From Negaprion brevirostris (lineage: Eukaryota), in assembly GCA_030324005.1 (NCBI GenBank), contig JARDVH010000097.1, positions 23,433,045 through 23,497,044 on the forward strand: a stretch of DNA of 64,000 nt. The letters are read 5' to 3'. The translations under genes were made by a program, and so were the position numbers. The notes below the pieces were generated by a model, which was not told the DNA's origin, ran no database searches, and saw only the letters and a list, made by a program, of their open reading frames with translations. Shown piece by piece: positions 51,298 through 63,595 of this stretch; positions within the stretch are counted from its first letter, which is position 1; every line of letters begins with the position of its first letter.

Positions 51298-52075
51298 TTG
51301 AAAGAGATCAGGATGNNNNNNNNNNNNNNNNNNNNNNNNNNNNNNNNNNNNNNNNNNNNNNNNNNNNNNNNNNNNNNNNNNNNNNNNNNNNNNNNNNNNN
51401 NNNNNNNNNNNNNNNNNNNNNNNNNNNNNNNNNNNNNNNNNNNNNNNNNNNNNNNNNNNNNNNNNNNNNNNNNNNNNNNNNNNNNNNNNNNNNNNNNNNN
51501 NNNNNNNNNNNNNNNNNNNNNNNNNNNNNNNNNNNNNNNNNNNNNNNNNNNNNNNNNNNNNNNNNNNNNNNNNNNNNNNNNNNNNNNNNNNNNNTTCCAA
51601 ACTTACACCATCATTTTTGTAGTAAAGTATTTCCTTATTTCATTCCAAGCTCTATCTGTTTTCTAAACCTTGCCCTCGACTCCTTGATTCCCAGCCAGCA
51701 GAAATATATTTTCCTATCCGCTCTATCACTTCCTTTGATCAAATCATTCCTTAACCTTCTATATTACGACAGGAATTTCTGGTTTTCATCTTTTAGAAAG
51801 TATTCTATTTTACAGGTTGGTCAAAAATTTACATGGATCAAAATCCATTTGCCCCATGTTTGCCCGCTCACTTTATCTATCAATATCTCTTTGTAATTTT
51901 ATGCTTCCCACTTATCTCTCTGTCATCAGCCAACCTGGATATGTGAGTGCCCATCTCTCCAGTTAAATCATGAATATACACAGTGACTAGATAATGGCCA
52001 ACACAGAGCCTGGCAGGACACCACAACTGCACCTTACAGAATTGTTATAGCACAGAAGGAGGCTATTTGACCCTT

Positions 52076-53390
52076 TGGGGGCAATCTTGAGCTTAGTCCT
52101 GCTATCTGTGGNNNNNNNNNNNNNNNNNNNNNNNNNNNNNNNNNNNNNNNNNNNNNNNNNNNNNNNNNNNNNNNNNNNNNNNNNNNNNNNNNNNNNNNNN
52201 NNNNNNNNNNNNNNNNNNNNNNNNNNNNNNNNNNNNNNNNNNNNNNNNNNNNNNNNNNNNNNNNNNNNNNNNNNNNNNNNNNNNNNNNNNNNNNNNNNNN
52301 NNNNNNNNNNNNNNNNNNNNNNNNNNNNNNNNNNNNNNNNNNNNNNNNNNNNNNNNNNNNNNNNNNNNNNNNNNNNNNNNNNNNNNNNNNNNNNNNNNNN
52401 NNNNNNNNNNNNNNNNNNNNNNNNNNNNNNNNNNNNNNNNNNNNNNNNNNNNNNNNNNNNNNNNNNNNNNNNNNNNNNNNNNNNNNNNNNNNNNNNNNNN
52501 NNNNNNNNNNNNNNNNNNNNNNNNNNNNNNNNNNNNNNNNNNNNNNNNNNNNNNNNNNNNNNNNNNNNNNNNNNNNNNNNNNNNNNNNNNNNNNNNNNNN
52601 NNNNNNNNNNNNNNNNNNNNNNNNNNNNNNNNNNNNNNNNNNNNNNNNNNNNNNNNNNNNNNNNNNNNNNNNNNNNNNNNNNNNNNNNNNNNNNNNNNNN
52701 NNNNNNNNNNNNNNNNNNNNNNNNNNNNNNNNNNNNNNNNNNNNNNNNNNNNNNNNNNNNNNNNNNNNNNNNNNNNNNNNNNNNNNNNNNNNNNNNNNNN
52801 NNNNNNNNNNNNNNNNNNNNNNNNNNNNNNNNNNNNNNNNNNNNNNNNNNNNNNNNNNNNNNNNNNNNNNNNNNNNNNNNNNNNNNNNNNNNNNNNNNNN
52901 NNNNNNNNNNNNNNNNNNNNNNNNNNNNNNNNNNNNNNNNNNNNNNNNNNNNNNNNNNNNNNNNNNNNNNNNNNNNNNNNNNNNNNNNNNNNNNNNNNNN
53001 NNNNNNNNNNNNNNNNNNNNNNNNNNNNNNNNNNNNNNNNNNNNNNNNNNNNNNNNNNNNNNNNNTATTGCGCTGTGCAGGGAGGTAGGGTTATTGCAGT
53101 GTGGAGGGGTTATTGCGGTGTGCAGGGTGGAGGGGCTATTGCAGTGTGCAGTGTGGAGGGAATGATGTCCCTAAGACCTCCGTGGTGAGCTGTGGGGGGC
53201 AGCGGGGAAGATTATTGCAGTTCTGGTTGGGACACCCTTTAAAGATGCACCCCGATCTCAGTGCTTTGCCAACGTGTTTTGACCCCATTCCCTGCATCAT
53301 GGTGTGAATGATGCACCCTTGAATTTTTATGGCAGAGTGCCCTAAGACCTGGAAAGAAAACCAACAGATTTCTCTGGCGCAAAACACATT
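52076..53390. mobile_element. Non-autonomous Harbinger-type element with minisatellite and 953-N gap
   Basis: gggggcaatctt start; 53065-53160 repeats of ggggttattgc.gtgtgcagggtgga; 53165-53240 matches 57500-57570 in reverse. Confidence 0.5.
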
Positions 53391-53424
53391 GTTTTTTCAC
53401 CAGAAACAACAATCTATCATTTGT

Positions 53425-53895
53425 TCATATGACTATTAATTCTGTCCTGAGTTATAGTTTCCAAGAATTTCCCACCACTGAAATTAAACAGACAGGCCTA
53501 TAGCTGCTGGACTTATCCTTATAACCTTTTTTGAATGTGTATGTAATGTTTGCAATTCTCTGACACCAAGCCTGAGTCTAACGAACACTGAAAGATTATG
53601 ACAAGTGCCTCTGCAATTTCCACTCTCACTTCCTTCAGTATCCTTGGATGCATCTCATCTGATCGTGGTGCTTTGTCAACTCTAAGTTCAAACAGCCTGT
53701 TCAATACCTCTTGCTTATCAATTTTAATCCTCTCTAGTGATCAGATTTTCTTCTCTTTAACCATGGTCTGTGAAGCATCTTCTTTCTTACTAAAGTAAGT
53801 ATCAAATTATTAATTTACTATTTCAGTCCCTACCTCCATGTGAAACTCCCATTTTTGGTCCCTAATCGGGTCTTTCCCCCTCTTTTATTAAATGT
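53425..53895 (-). mobile_element. CR1 ORF2 fragment
   Basis: LFELRVDKAPRSDEMHPRILKEVRVEIAEALVIIFQCSLDSG. Confidence 0.92.
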
Positions 53896-54074
53896 ATGCC
53901 TATGTTGTATTTACTCTCCCTCTTTGAATGAGCTGGTGCTTGGCTTTACTTCTCTGTTGGTTTCTCTTAGGTCAGAGGAGTCATCAACTGCACATTGGTG
54001 ATAATCAAGAGATGCCAGATAACCTTAGAGTTTTCATTAACAAAGTGGAATTGCACTTGTTCAATGTGCAGTTC

Positions 54075-54400
54075 ATCATGCAGGCCTGTCTGAATTTCCA
54101 GGGAACTGCCATGATGTGCCCACTCTTAATGGTGAAGCCTCCCTGAGAAATTCACATCTTGAAACAAAGTTAGCAATGGCTCCTTGGAGGCAAGGATTTA
54201 TATTGCTGTTGAGGAACCTTAATGATGTCCATGAAAGATACAATATGTGCCAACTAACCCTCAACAATCTGATAAAACAAGCAATTGGAATAATAAATAT
54301 ACACTTAAAGTGCCTCCACAGATCTGGTGGTTCCCTTTAACATGCACCAGCCTGACTATCCACAATGATAGTGATCTTCATAGCCTTGTACAACATAATG
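54075..54400 (+). mobile_element. Decayed Harbinger DDE transposase, C-terminal half
   Basis: IMQAC..F(fs)GNCHD, WLLGGK, IKQAIGIINIHLKCLHRSGGSL, IVIFIALYN. Confidence 0.75.
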
Positions 54401-54409
54401 CAGTATTTT

Positions 54410-54735
54410 GCCATGGCAGTGAGAAACTACTTCTCTCACAGAGTTGTAAATCTGTGGAATTTGTTACCCCAAGGTGGGACAGTGAGTAAATTTAAGGAGG
54501 AGTTTGACAGATTTTTGATTTATAATGGGCTGAAGGGTTTTGAGGAGAAGGCAGGAAAATAGGTATGAGGAACATATCAATCATGATCGAATGGTGGAGT
54601 GGACTTGATGGGCCAAATGGCCTAATTCTGCTCCTATATCATGTTAACTTATGAACTTGTGGCAGATGGTGGAATTTGAATTCAAGTTAAAAAAAAAATC
54701 TGGAATTAAGAATCTACTGATGACCATGAAAGTAA
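54410..54735 (+). mobile_element. CR1 3' end followed by a SINE-B fragment (54657-54735)
   Basis: VRNYFSHRVVNLWNLLPQ...KFKEEFDRFL; gggccaaatggcctaattctgctcct tail. Confidence 0.88.
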
Positions 54736-55299
54736 TAGTGAGAAAGATTCTCAGATGCTTCCTGCCCAGAAGTGAAACATTTCAAATAATGCTCCCCCCC
54801 TCCCACCCCATATGTGGAAATATTATTCAGGTCACAGATAAACTTGGGTTCACAATAAAGTGTATTATTGAAGAGAAAAAGTAATTGGCATCAAAGAGGA
54901 AACCATACTGGAATGGTTTTCAGAGTAGCAGGAGACAAACTCAGAGAGCAATGAAACCAAAATGTTGAAAGGTGAAGACACGCTGAGTGAAGTCATTAGG
55001 TGTTTGAGGTGTTAAACATTGGTTCCAGTTATGAGAGTTGTTTGAAGATCAAAAGAAACAATATTGAATGTCACAAAAAAGGCCAAGATGCACTGATTTC
55101 ACAATGTCACTCTTAACAGACTCAAAGTATGAGTAAAATACTTTGGATGCTGTATATCTGAAACTAAAACAGAAAATACTGAAAAAGACTCAGCAGATCT
55201 GGCAGCATCTGTGGAGGGAAAGAAATAGGATTAATTGGCCAAATATTCAAATGAAGCGTGATCTGAAAATCGCAGTCACAGAGATCATCTCACAATCCT

Positions 55300-55500
55300 G
55301 ACTCCTCCAGGACAGTTTTGGTTCTTCAATGTGCTGGTGGGGAGGGAGAGAATGGGAAATCCACTTGCTGCCAATTTGCAGCCAATTAAACTTCATTATG
55401 AGCTTGATAGGAGGCCGGGTTTCAGGAATAAGACTTTCCAAGCTGAATTCTGTGAACCTGAACAATCTGGTGCGTGTTAGTGAAGAGCCGTTAGCCACGT
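55300..55500 (-). mobile_element. Possible Harbinger Myb/SANT remnant
   Basis: RFTEFSLESL...WLQIGSK resembles the RFSDASLE...WLEVA pattern. Confidence 0.35.
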
Positions 55501-55945
55501 GACCAAAGAAAAATTAGTGATGTGGACCTCAGGTGATCCATACCAGAATGCGCACATTGCCTTCGCTTGGCCCGGTCAACTTCAATTCCAACCATTAATT
55601 CTGCTGAACATCTGAGGAGTTGTCTACTCTTTCTTCTGCAAGGCTCCATAATGGCTGCTCCCTGACCTTGATGCTGGTATCTTGCAGTCAGCTCCATGTT
55701 TCTGCAGGTGCTCAGTGTTACCAATTAGACCCAAGCTACCTTCCTGCTCGACTAGCTCACTTGCATTAACATTTGCAAAACAGTGAAGTGTAAGGTCAGT
55801 ACCTAGAATTCCCAACCTCAGTTTAAAAATCAGGCCCAATATTTTAGGTCTGTGACATTTTGTCATGCAATGTTACAGATTTGAAAAGTTAACTCTGGGC
55901 AAAATTTTACTAAAAAATGGCAGCATTGTTTCTGCTGAGAAAACT

Positions 55946-56541
55946 TAGAACATAGAACATTACAGTGTAGTACAGGCCCTTCGGCCCTCGACGTTGCACC
56001 AACCTGTGAAACCAATCTAAAGCCCATCTAACCTACACTATTCAAATATCATCCATATGTTTATCCAATGACAATTTAAATGCCCTTAATGTTGGCAAAT
56101 CCACTACTGTTGCAGGCAGGGCATTCCACGCTCTTACTACTCTCTGAATAAAGAACCTACCTCTGACATCTGTCCTATATCTATCACCCCTTAATTTAAA
56201 GCTCTGTCCCCTTGTGCTAGCCATCTTCATCTGAGGAAAAAGGTTCACACTGTCCACCCTATCTAATCCTCTGATCATCTTATATGCCTCTATTAAGTCA
56301 CCTCTTAAACTTCTTCTCTCTAACGAAAACAGCCTCAAGCCTTTCCTCATATGACCTTCCCACCATACCAGGCAACATCCTGGTAAATCTCCTCTGCACC
56401 CTTTCCAATGCTTCCACATTCTTCCTATAATGTGGCAACCAGATCTGTACACAATATTCCAAATGCAGCTGCACGAGAGTTTTGTACACCTGTAACGTAA
56501 CTTCATGGCTCCAAAATTCAATCCCTCTACCAATAAAAGCT
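55946..56541 (-). mobile_element. CR1 (HER1-like) LINE 3' 600 bp, relatively young
   Basis: YKTLVQLHLEYCVQIWLPHYRKNVEALERVQRRFTRMLPG and LFSLERRSLRGDLIEAYKMIRGLDRV...RAWNALP; tagaaca tail repeats. Confidence 0.95.
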
Positions 56542-56653
56542 ATTCACATCGATTCACATAAAATCGTCCCCTCTGTTATTTTCATGATAATCAGTGTAAT
56601 CTGTTCTGAATCACAGCATCTCATACCTATCGATACTAACAGTCACCTACCAT

Positions 56654-57072
56654 AGGCTGGATTTTGTCCGACCATCAATGAGTCTACCCCAGTAGGCCGA
56701 GAAGAAGTTGGGAATCAGGAGCTGTTTCCCAATGCCGGAGTTCTGGTGCGCAGCCTCCCTCGTGATTCTCCAAGACTCTCTGCCATCTTACCCACATTGA
56801 CAGGCCCCACAAAATCTAACATCATGGGCAGAATTTTCCCAGCTTGCCCGCCACAGGAATCATAACGGGCAGTGGAGGGGGTGTGCGGTTTGTTGGAGGG
56901 TGGGGTCTGTGAGCCATGCAAAGGTCCACTGACATCAGGCACGGGGGGAGCACAACTGGAAGATTCCACCCCAGGGCTGGAATTTTACCACCCTGCCCAT
57001 CAAGGAACTAGAGCAGGTGAGGGGCAGGCAATGGAAATGTCCATTTTAAAGCGAGTCCATTAAATCCCACCC
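56654..57072. mobile_element. Three abutting Harbinger-type MITEs
   Basis: Starts aggctggatttt (56654), gggcagaatttt (56826), gggctggaatttt (56973); each ends in an aaatc-type or attccacc-type terminus. Confidence 0.7.
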
Positions 57073-57304
57073 TATAGCTCAACTCACCAACAGCCAGCCT
57101 AAAAAACATTAGCCAAATGAACTATTAGTTTCCTTGTAATTCCTCAAGGATTCTGGTGTATATCCCACCTGGTTCACACCCTCTGCAGATATTTAATCTT
57201 TCCAGTTACAGCATAACAAACTCCTTCCCAATGTTCCTCTGTGCATTACGGATTATTTGGCCCCATGGGCAATGATTGGAATTTCCTCCTTTGTGGCAGC
57301 TGAT

Positions 57305-57363
57305 TTCTAGCAGGGCTAGAAATAATGAGACGCTCCAACTAAATGCGTGGTTGAAGGATTGGT
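57305..57363 (+). mobile_element. CR1 ORF1 (SGNH esterase-like) fragment running into a gap
   Basis: SRARNNETLQLNAWLKDW. Confidence 0.7.
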
Positions 57364-57763
57364 NNNNNNNNNNNNNNNNNNNNNNNNNNNNNNNNNNNNN
57401 NNNNNNNNNNNNNNNNNNNNNNNNNNNNNNNNNNNNNNNNNNNNNNNNNNNNNNNNNNNNNNNATGAAGCAGGACTGGCCCTCAACACACCAGCAAAACC
57501 CAGATGGTGCCCCAATCATAACAGCAATAAATCTCCCCCATAGTTTACCACATAGGTCATTGGGGCTGTCTTCAAAGCAACCCCTTCCCCCTGATCGGAA
57601 CTGGCACTTGACCCTACCCTATCGATCAGAGCCAGCACTCTCACCCTCCCTCCAAACCTGATCATTGGAACCTTCCCACCCCACCCCCAACAATTCCAGC
57701 ACCAGACAACACCCCCACACCAATTGACTCTGGCCCACATCCACATGTGAATGACTCCCTCCC

Positions 57764-58030
57764 TCTCTGCTAACCTAGATTGTATGAAGGCAATTGTCAT
57801 GATCCATCTCCATGTAGTGAAAATGATTCCTGAAGATATAGCTAGTGGCATCTCAATTGACCTGGTTGATCGTGATATACTAACTGCTGACCACCACACC
57901 AGTACTATGCCATGTAATGAAACTGAAAATATTATATGCCCATCTAGGAATTTAGTTGCACCTGAAAGTGGGCACATTGGGGGCAGGGTGTGCATTGCAG
58001 CTACCTGATAATGTACTCTCAGGTGGAATG
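57764..58030 (+). repeat. Unclassified duplicated segment, copy 1
   Basis: Aligns end to end with 60958-61218, ~84% identity by hand count, one 6-nt indel. Confidence 0.95.
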
Positions 58031-58732
58031 CACCATTTTTAACTTGGTCAAAGGCTCTGGGATGTGAAAGATAAGATATTTAAAGTAATGTCATAATTCT
58101 TCAAAGTACTGAGCAGCAGGTACATCACTTCAGTATATCAAATAGGTGGACATGTACAACTTTCTCATGACTATGGATTAATCCTGGACTGTCACACGAT
58201 GGGCAATTACAGAGTTAACAGCAGTCAGGTGAACTTTAGGTAGCCCCAGGAATGGCAAGAAAGATAATCTTTCTCATAGGTAGGATGAAAACTAGAAAAT
58301 TTTCAGGATGATAGGTCAAACAGAAGTATAAGTGATTGAAGTAATGTGCAAGATAGGGCAAGTTTCGAAACCTCAATTTTGAGAGTTTTATTGGAATCAA
58401 AAGATTAGAGCAGGATGCAATGAGCAAGCGAGGAAGGTTCATTGATTTTAAATTGGAGGGAAAAAAAAGTAGTCTAGCCAGCTAGTATAATCACAAAGGA
58501 AAAGTAAGAAGCTAAGAGACATTAGTAGAGATTCTGCAGATCAGAAAGTATGCTTGCTAGAGGGACAAAAAATATAAAAGCTGATATTTTCTTTCCTGAA
58601 GTATAGTTGGATTAATACAATTGGATTATTTAGTATTTTTTCTCAATCTTTCCATTGAATTTATTTTGAAGGATTGTGGTTTGAAGTGAATGTATTTACA
58701 CATAAAGATACTGAGTGAGCAACTGGTAAAAC

Positions 58733-58902
58733 AAACAAAGAACAATGAATAATACAGCGCAGGAACAGGCCCTTCGGCCCTCCAAGCCTGCACCAATCAT
58801 GTGTTCCTAACTAGACCATCCGTTTGTATCCCTCTATTTCCAGTCTGTTCATGTGGCTATCCAGATAAGTCTCTAGATAAGTCTTAAATGACCCTAGCGT
58901 GA
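58733..58902 (-). mobile_element. CR1 3' tail
   Basis: aacaaagaacaatgaataatacagcgcaggaacaggcccttcggccctccaagcctg. Confidence 0.85.
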
Positions 58903-59218
58903 CAAGGTTTTGACATTGTTTTAGCAAACTGCAGCCAGCTTTTCATTTTTTTGCTGTTCATGGTAATTGGAAATTAGTACTAATAATTATTTTCTAGACA
59001 GATGTTAGAGAAAAAACTTTGAGTTGTACATATTTGGAACTCGTGTAATTTATTTATCAAAACATGATTTTTTTTATTCGTTTTAATAGATTATCAACTA
59101 ACTCTCTCACGATTAACAATTTAAGTATCTATCTCTTGACCATCTGCTCTTTTTGAAGATTGCAATTTGTTTCAAAGGCTTTAGAGCTTCCCAAAGGCTT
59201 TCAGAGTTTTAGAGACAA

Positions 59219-59345
59219 AAGCTGGAATTCTACCATTCTGGCTGCCACGAAATTGGAGCAGGCGAGGAGCAGACGATGGAAATGTCCGTTGGCCTTGGGC
59301 GGGAATTTCCGGTCTCGCTCAAGTGAGGCCGTAAAATCCCACCCC
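59219..59345 (-). mobile_element. Harbinger-type MITE
   Basis: gctggaattctacc...ttgggcgggaatttccggtc...aaaatcccaccc. Confidence 0.8.
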
Positions 59346-59559
59346 ATTATTCTGTAATTTTAAGACAATTTTCAACTTGGCCAACTGGGTTATTAATGCT
59401 TAATTTTTGACCATTTGATTTTAAATACTCTAAGGAGATCCTAGGTTTTACAGAGTGCAAAAGCACAGAAGTGATGCCGAACTTAGCCAAATCATTGCTC
59501 AGGTTGCAACTCAAATATTGGGTCCACCTTTATTGTTTTCACTTTTAAAAATGGTGTCT

Positions 59560-59995
59560 GGAGATCTAGAGATGGTACTTAAAGGATTTAATAGGATAGT
59601 GTCAAGGATGAAAGAATCCAGTTATGTGGAGAGGCAAGTTAAAATGGATATTTTCTGACTAGAACAATGAAGGTTAAGAAATAACATGGCAGAAAATGCA
59701 ATGTTGCTCAGAAGATTTGATAAGATAAACACAGAAAAAAAAAATTCCTCTGATCTGGAAGTTGAGGCAATTGAGTTAAAACTGAAAGAACAAAGCGATA
59801 CACTAGAGTGCTTTCAGCTCTCAGATTGCACTATTATTAGTGCAAACAAAATCCATTTTAGTTTTCTTTCAAAAGAAATGTTTGAAACAGAAATAATAAA
59901 GAAGGTATAAGGAACTGTGAGGTAATTTAACAAATTAGATAGCACTTTCAGAGAGCTCAGATGAGAAACAGTTCTCTCAATAGCCTTAATGTGTT
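59560..59995 (+). mobile_element. Very old CR1 3' fragment
   Basis: LEMVLKGFNRIVSRMKESSYVER. Confidence 0.6.
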
Positions 59996-60324
59996 GTTGT
60001 AAATTTCTCTAAAGTTTTGTCAAGCTGAAAAGGAATAAGAAGCTATAGGTGGAAAAGAAAAGATAAGGAAACTTAAATCTAGCCATAAATCTGCAGACAA
60101 ATAGTGTAACCCAACACCTGACTCCGCAATTGATGGCTGCTAAAGTTAGTCTAGTCACACAGAACATGGGATAAAATCATTCCAGGAAGTTAGTAATGCA
60201 GAAGGATCTAGAGGCAGGTTTAAGGATTTGACTGACCATTCCTGTAATTTGGCGAGTTGTTTAGTGATCTGTTGAACAATGTGTCAAATGATGGCACATC
60301 CACCTGTTCATGAGGTCATGAAAA

Positions 60325-60868
60325 ATCAGACTTGCATACATATATATAGTGCCTTTTATGGCCTCAGGAAGAATCAAGGCATGTGGTAGCCGATGAAATA
60401 TTTTGGAAATGTTATTATTGTTGTAATGCAGGAAACATGGCTGCCAATTTGAGCAATGCAAGCTCCTACAGACAAAAATATGATAATGATCAGATCACCT
60501 GTTTTTGTAATGTTGATTGATGAATTCACATTGATTAGGATACTGGAAATAACTCATCTTGCTCATCTTTGGAATATGCTGAGGGCAGATGGGACATCAG
60601 TTTAACATATGATCTATCTGATGGATCCTACCCTATAATGCACAGAAGAACATGGAGTTCTCCAACTAGTCTGGTCTACAAGTACACTTCAAAGAGCACA
60701 ATCAAAAGCAAATTATCTGATCATTCATTGATTTGTTCTTCATGGGTCTTGACTCTGAGCCAGTTGGCTCCCATAATTGGCTACTGAACAGTAAAACAGT
60801 AATTCACTGTGCACATTTTGGGTCACCTAGCAGATAGTAAAGATGTTATATGAAACTCTATTCCTTCT
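60325..60868. mobile_element. Two Deu-SINE 3' halves in opposite orientation (60325-60620 -, 60690-60868 +)
   Basis: agacttgcatacatatatagtgcctttt...gtaatgcaggaaacatggctgccaatt and attatctgatcattcattgatttgttc...gttatatgaaactc. Confidence 0.65.
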
Positions 60869-60957
60869 GTTTTTTTATCTTTATTGAACCATTGGTTGGT
60901 GTTCCATGTTAGCTGCAAATGTTATAACAATAGACAACCCAGGTCCGCAGTTAGAAT

Positions 60958-61218
60958 TCTCTGCTAACCTAGATTGTATGTAGACAATTGCCATGAGCTA
61001 TCTCCATGTAGTGACAATGATTCCTGAAGATATGGTTGGTGGCATCTCAATTGGTTTGGTTGGCCATGATATACTAACTGCTGATCACCACAGCAGTGTT
61101 ATGCCATGCAATGCTACTGAAAGTGTTATATACCCATCCAGGAATTTGACTGGAAGTGGGCCCATTGGGAGCAGGGTGCTTATTGCAGCCACCTAATAAT
61201 GTGCTGACAGGCGGGATG
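60958..61218 (+). repeat. Unclassified duplicated segment, copy 2
   Basis: Aligns end to end with 57764-58030. Confidence 0.95.
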
Positions 61219-61459
61219 TAATATTCATGCAATTTGAACAAGTTTGTTACGACAGTACTATCCACACTGTTCATTAGTGGTATACCTACTAGTTGGGTGA
61301 GATATCAATCCTTTCTGACATAACATGATGGCAACCAATGTGCTGTATACTGGTGTGTTGCAAACGAGATGTAAAATATTGCAGCTCCCAAATAGAAAGG
61401 TAACATTTCCACCTCGTTTAATGTGGCAATTTCAACAAGCAGAGATTTCTACATAAATA

Positions 61460-61850
61460 TTGCTGAAAACAGAGACATGCTGTTGAAGTTTTTCCTCATC
61501 CATTCATCAGGTCAAATGCAGGAATGCCAAATTTAAATCAATCACAACTATATATGCGACAGGAGGAATGAGTGCTGATTGATTGGCAAATTAACGCTGA
61601 TTGGCTGAGGTGTTGTCATGGAGAAAGCAATAGGAAATTATAGCCTCCCCAAGATCCCTAGTAATTCAAAAATTGGCTCCAATTTGAACATATTCCTTTC
61701 ATTTGCACAGAACAGATCCCTGAATATAAATATCTCTCACTTGTAGCAAAAGTAAATGATCCATGTGCTGAACTTGACTGATTATCTTAAATTGATGTTG
61801 GCATGGATATTAACACACTTAGCCTTCTTCAGAAGGTGCTGACCAGTCCC
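61460..61850 (-). mobile_element. Penelope-like element 3' remnant (GIY-YIG end)
   Basis: Minus IFIFRDLF/GSVLCK.KEYVQ resembles the GPVLCRQKE end of Penelope ORFs; ctgattgg repeats. Confidence 0.55.
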
Positions 61851-62679
61851 AGTTTCTACCGAACGGAAAGTATATGTGGAGTAAAATTGATAATGAAGGG
61901 TCTTGGCCAATTTTATTGTCATTCCAGCCAGATTCTGACCTGTTAATTGGATGGACACATAAGGATAGTTAGGTTTTTAATTGGTCTGATAATATAAAAT
62001 AATAAACCAAATTGGTGTGTTGAGATCAGGTGATATTTTAAGGTTTGAAAGAAAGGTGGCAGGAATGCAGCAATCAGATTATCCATGTAAAATTCTTTTG
62101 AGGTGGTATGCCTCCTACTTACCCTGTTTTCCAGGCTTAAACCTGGCTGGCTGAGTTTTCCAAGCATTTTAAAACCTGAAAACTAAAGGGCTGCTATGCG
62201 AAATGTCCAAAAAACTGCTCATTGGCCAAGAGGAGCAGAAGTGTTTCCTCTCAACTCACTAAGTTTACTTTCTTCTCTGTCATCTATCAGACTCAGACTC
62301 TGGGATTGAGAATCAGAGCATAGCCAGGTTTGGTGGTTGGATCACCTCAGGATCAGTGTCCACTGCCCACAGAATCTGAAATACCCCCAACTTCAGATTC
62401 TGAAGACATTCTAGGGATGAAAGATCACCACCCCCAAGATCTAGCACCCCAAATCCTACCCTTATAAACACTACTGCAGCTACAAGCTCCTTACCTCCTC
62501 CAGGGTCCGTGGTCACCTCTTTGCCTGACAGGGAGTCAAACATTTAAACCGGTTGAATTCTGAGTAGTGGAACCGAAAAAGAAAAACAAGATGTACATTG
62601 TGGGGTTAGAGTTCCAATGTCCCAAACGTCCCTTCTCCCATCCTACTGACATAATCCATTCCAGTAAATATCAGGGACA

Positions 62680-62930
62680 TGCGATTGTGCAGCAAAGAAG
62701 AAGGCCATTCAATCCATCATGCTCTTGCTTTCTGTCTGAGTTAGCATTAGTTCCACTCCCTGAATCTCACAATAAATCTTTTAATATAGGAATTAATTTT
62801 ATTTTGAAAAATCCTATTACTTCTGCTTCCACCATTCAGACAGATCATCATAACTCTTGAGCAGAAGAAATATCACTGAAAATTGAACACAATAGTTTAG
62901 CTAAGGTTTAACCAGTGTTTTATAAAGACT
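62680..62930 (-). mobile_element. Old CR1 3' fragment
   Basis: agaagaaggccattcaatccatcatgc...cttctgcttccaccatt. Confidence 0.55.
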
Positions 62931-62964
62931 TTTTAAAAATCAGAATTCAAACATTGCTTCACTG

Positions 62965-63595
62965 TTAGCCTTGATTCAATAATGGCACTCTTGTATCAGT
63001 GGGTGATGGATTCAAATCCTAATGACTTGAACATGTAATCTAGGCTGACACTTCAGTGCAGAGCTGAGTGAGCATTGCATTTTTGATGCCATTGTCCTTC
63101 AGATGGAATGTTAGAAATGTGGAATTCCCTACAGTGCAGTGCAGAGGGAGGACATTCAGCCCTTCAAGCCTGCACCAACAACAATCCCACACAGGTCCTA
63201 TCCCCATATCCTCACGCATTTACCCTGTTAACACCTCTGACAGTAATGGGCAATTTCACTTGTTCAATCCACCTCATCTACATGTCTTTATATTGTGGGA
63301 GGAAGGCAGAGCATCTGGAGGAAACATACGCAAACACAAGAACAACGTGCAAGCCCCACACAGACAGTCACCCGAGACTGGAATTGAACACGGGTCCCTG
63401 GTGCTGTGAGGAAGCAGTGCTTCCTCCTCTTTGAAGCTTTCAAGTGAATTTAAAAGATCCCATAGCAAAGCCTGAAACATTCACTAAATCCTCGCTAACA
63501 TTTATTTCTCAATCAACATTATTAAAAACCAATTAACCAGATGTTTTTTCTCATTGCTATCTGTGTGAGTATGCTGTGTGCAAACTGGCAATTCA
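62965..63595 (+). mobile_element. Deu-SINE (SacSINE1-like) split by an HE1 SINE (63112-63421, -)
   Basis: ggattcaaatcc...taatctaggctgacacttcagtgcag; resumes taaaagatcccatagca...ctcattgctatctgtgtgagtatgctgtgtgcaaactggc. Confidence 0.85.

Noticed and set aside
52075-53088. 337-aa ORF and other long X-rich ORFs (10160-10697, 15968-16538, 51076-51666)
   Set aside because: Length comes from reading through N gaps
1143-57463. N runs of exactly 100 (1143, 37991, 57364) and 10 (4126, 43544)
   Set aside because: Placeholder assembly gaps, mostly inside repeats; not biological, and distances across them are unreliable
57516-57995. 159-aa minus ORF that looks like a membrane protein
   Set aside because: Starts in the duplicated segment and ends in a transposon fragment; copy 2 has stops in this frame; composition looks like antisense of the + frame
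57764-58030. Duplicated snoRNA/scaRNA or miRNA
   Set aside because: No conserved C/D or H/ACA boxes or long hairpin seen, and no host exons between the copies
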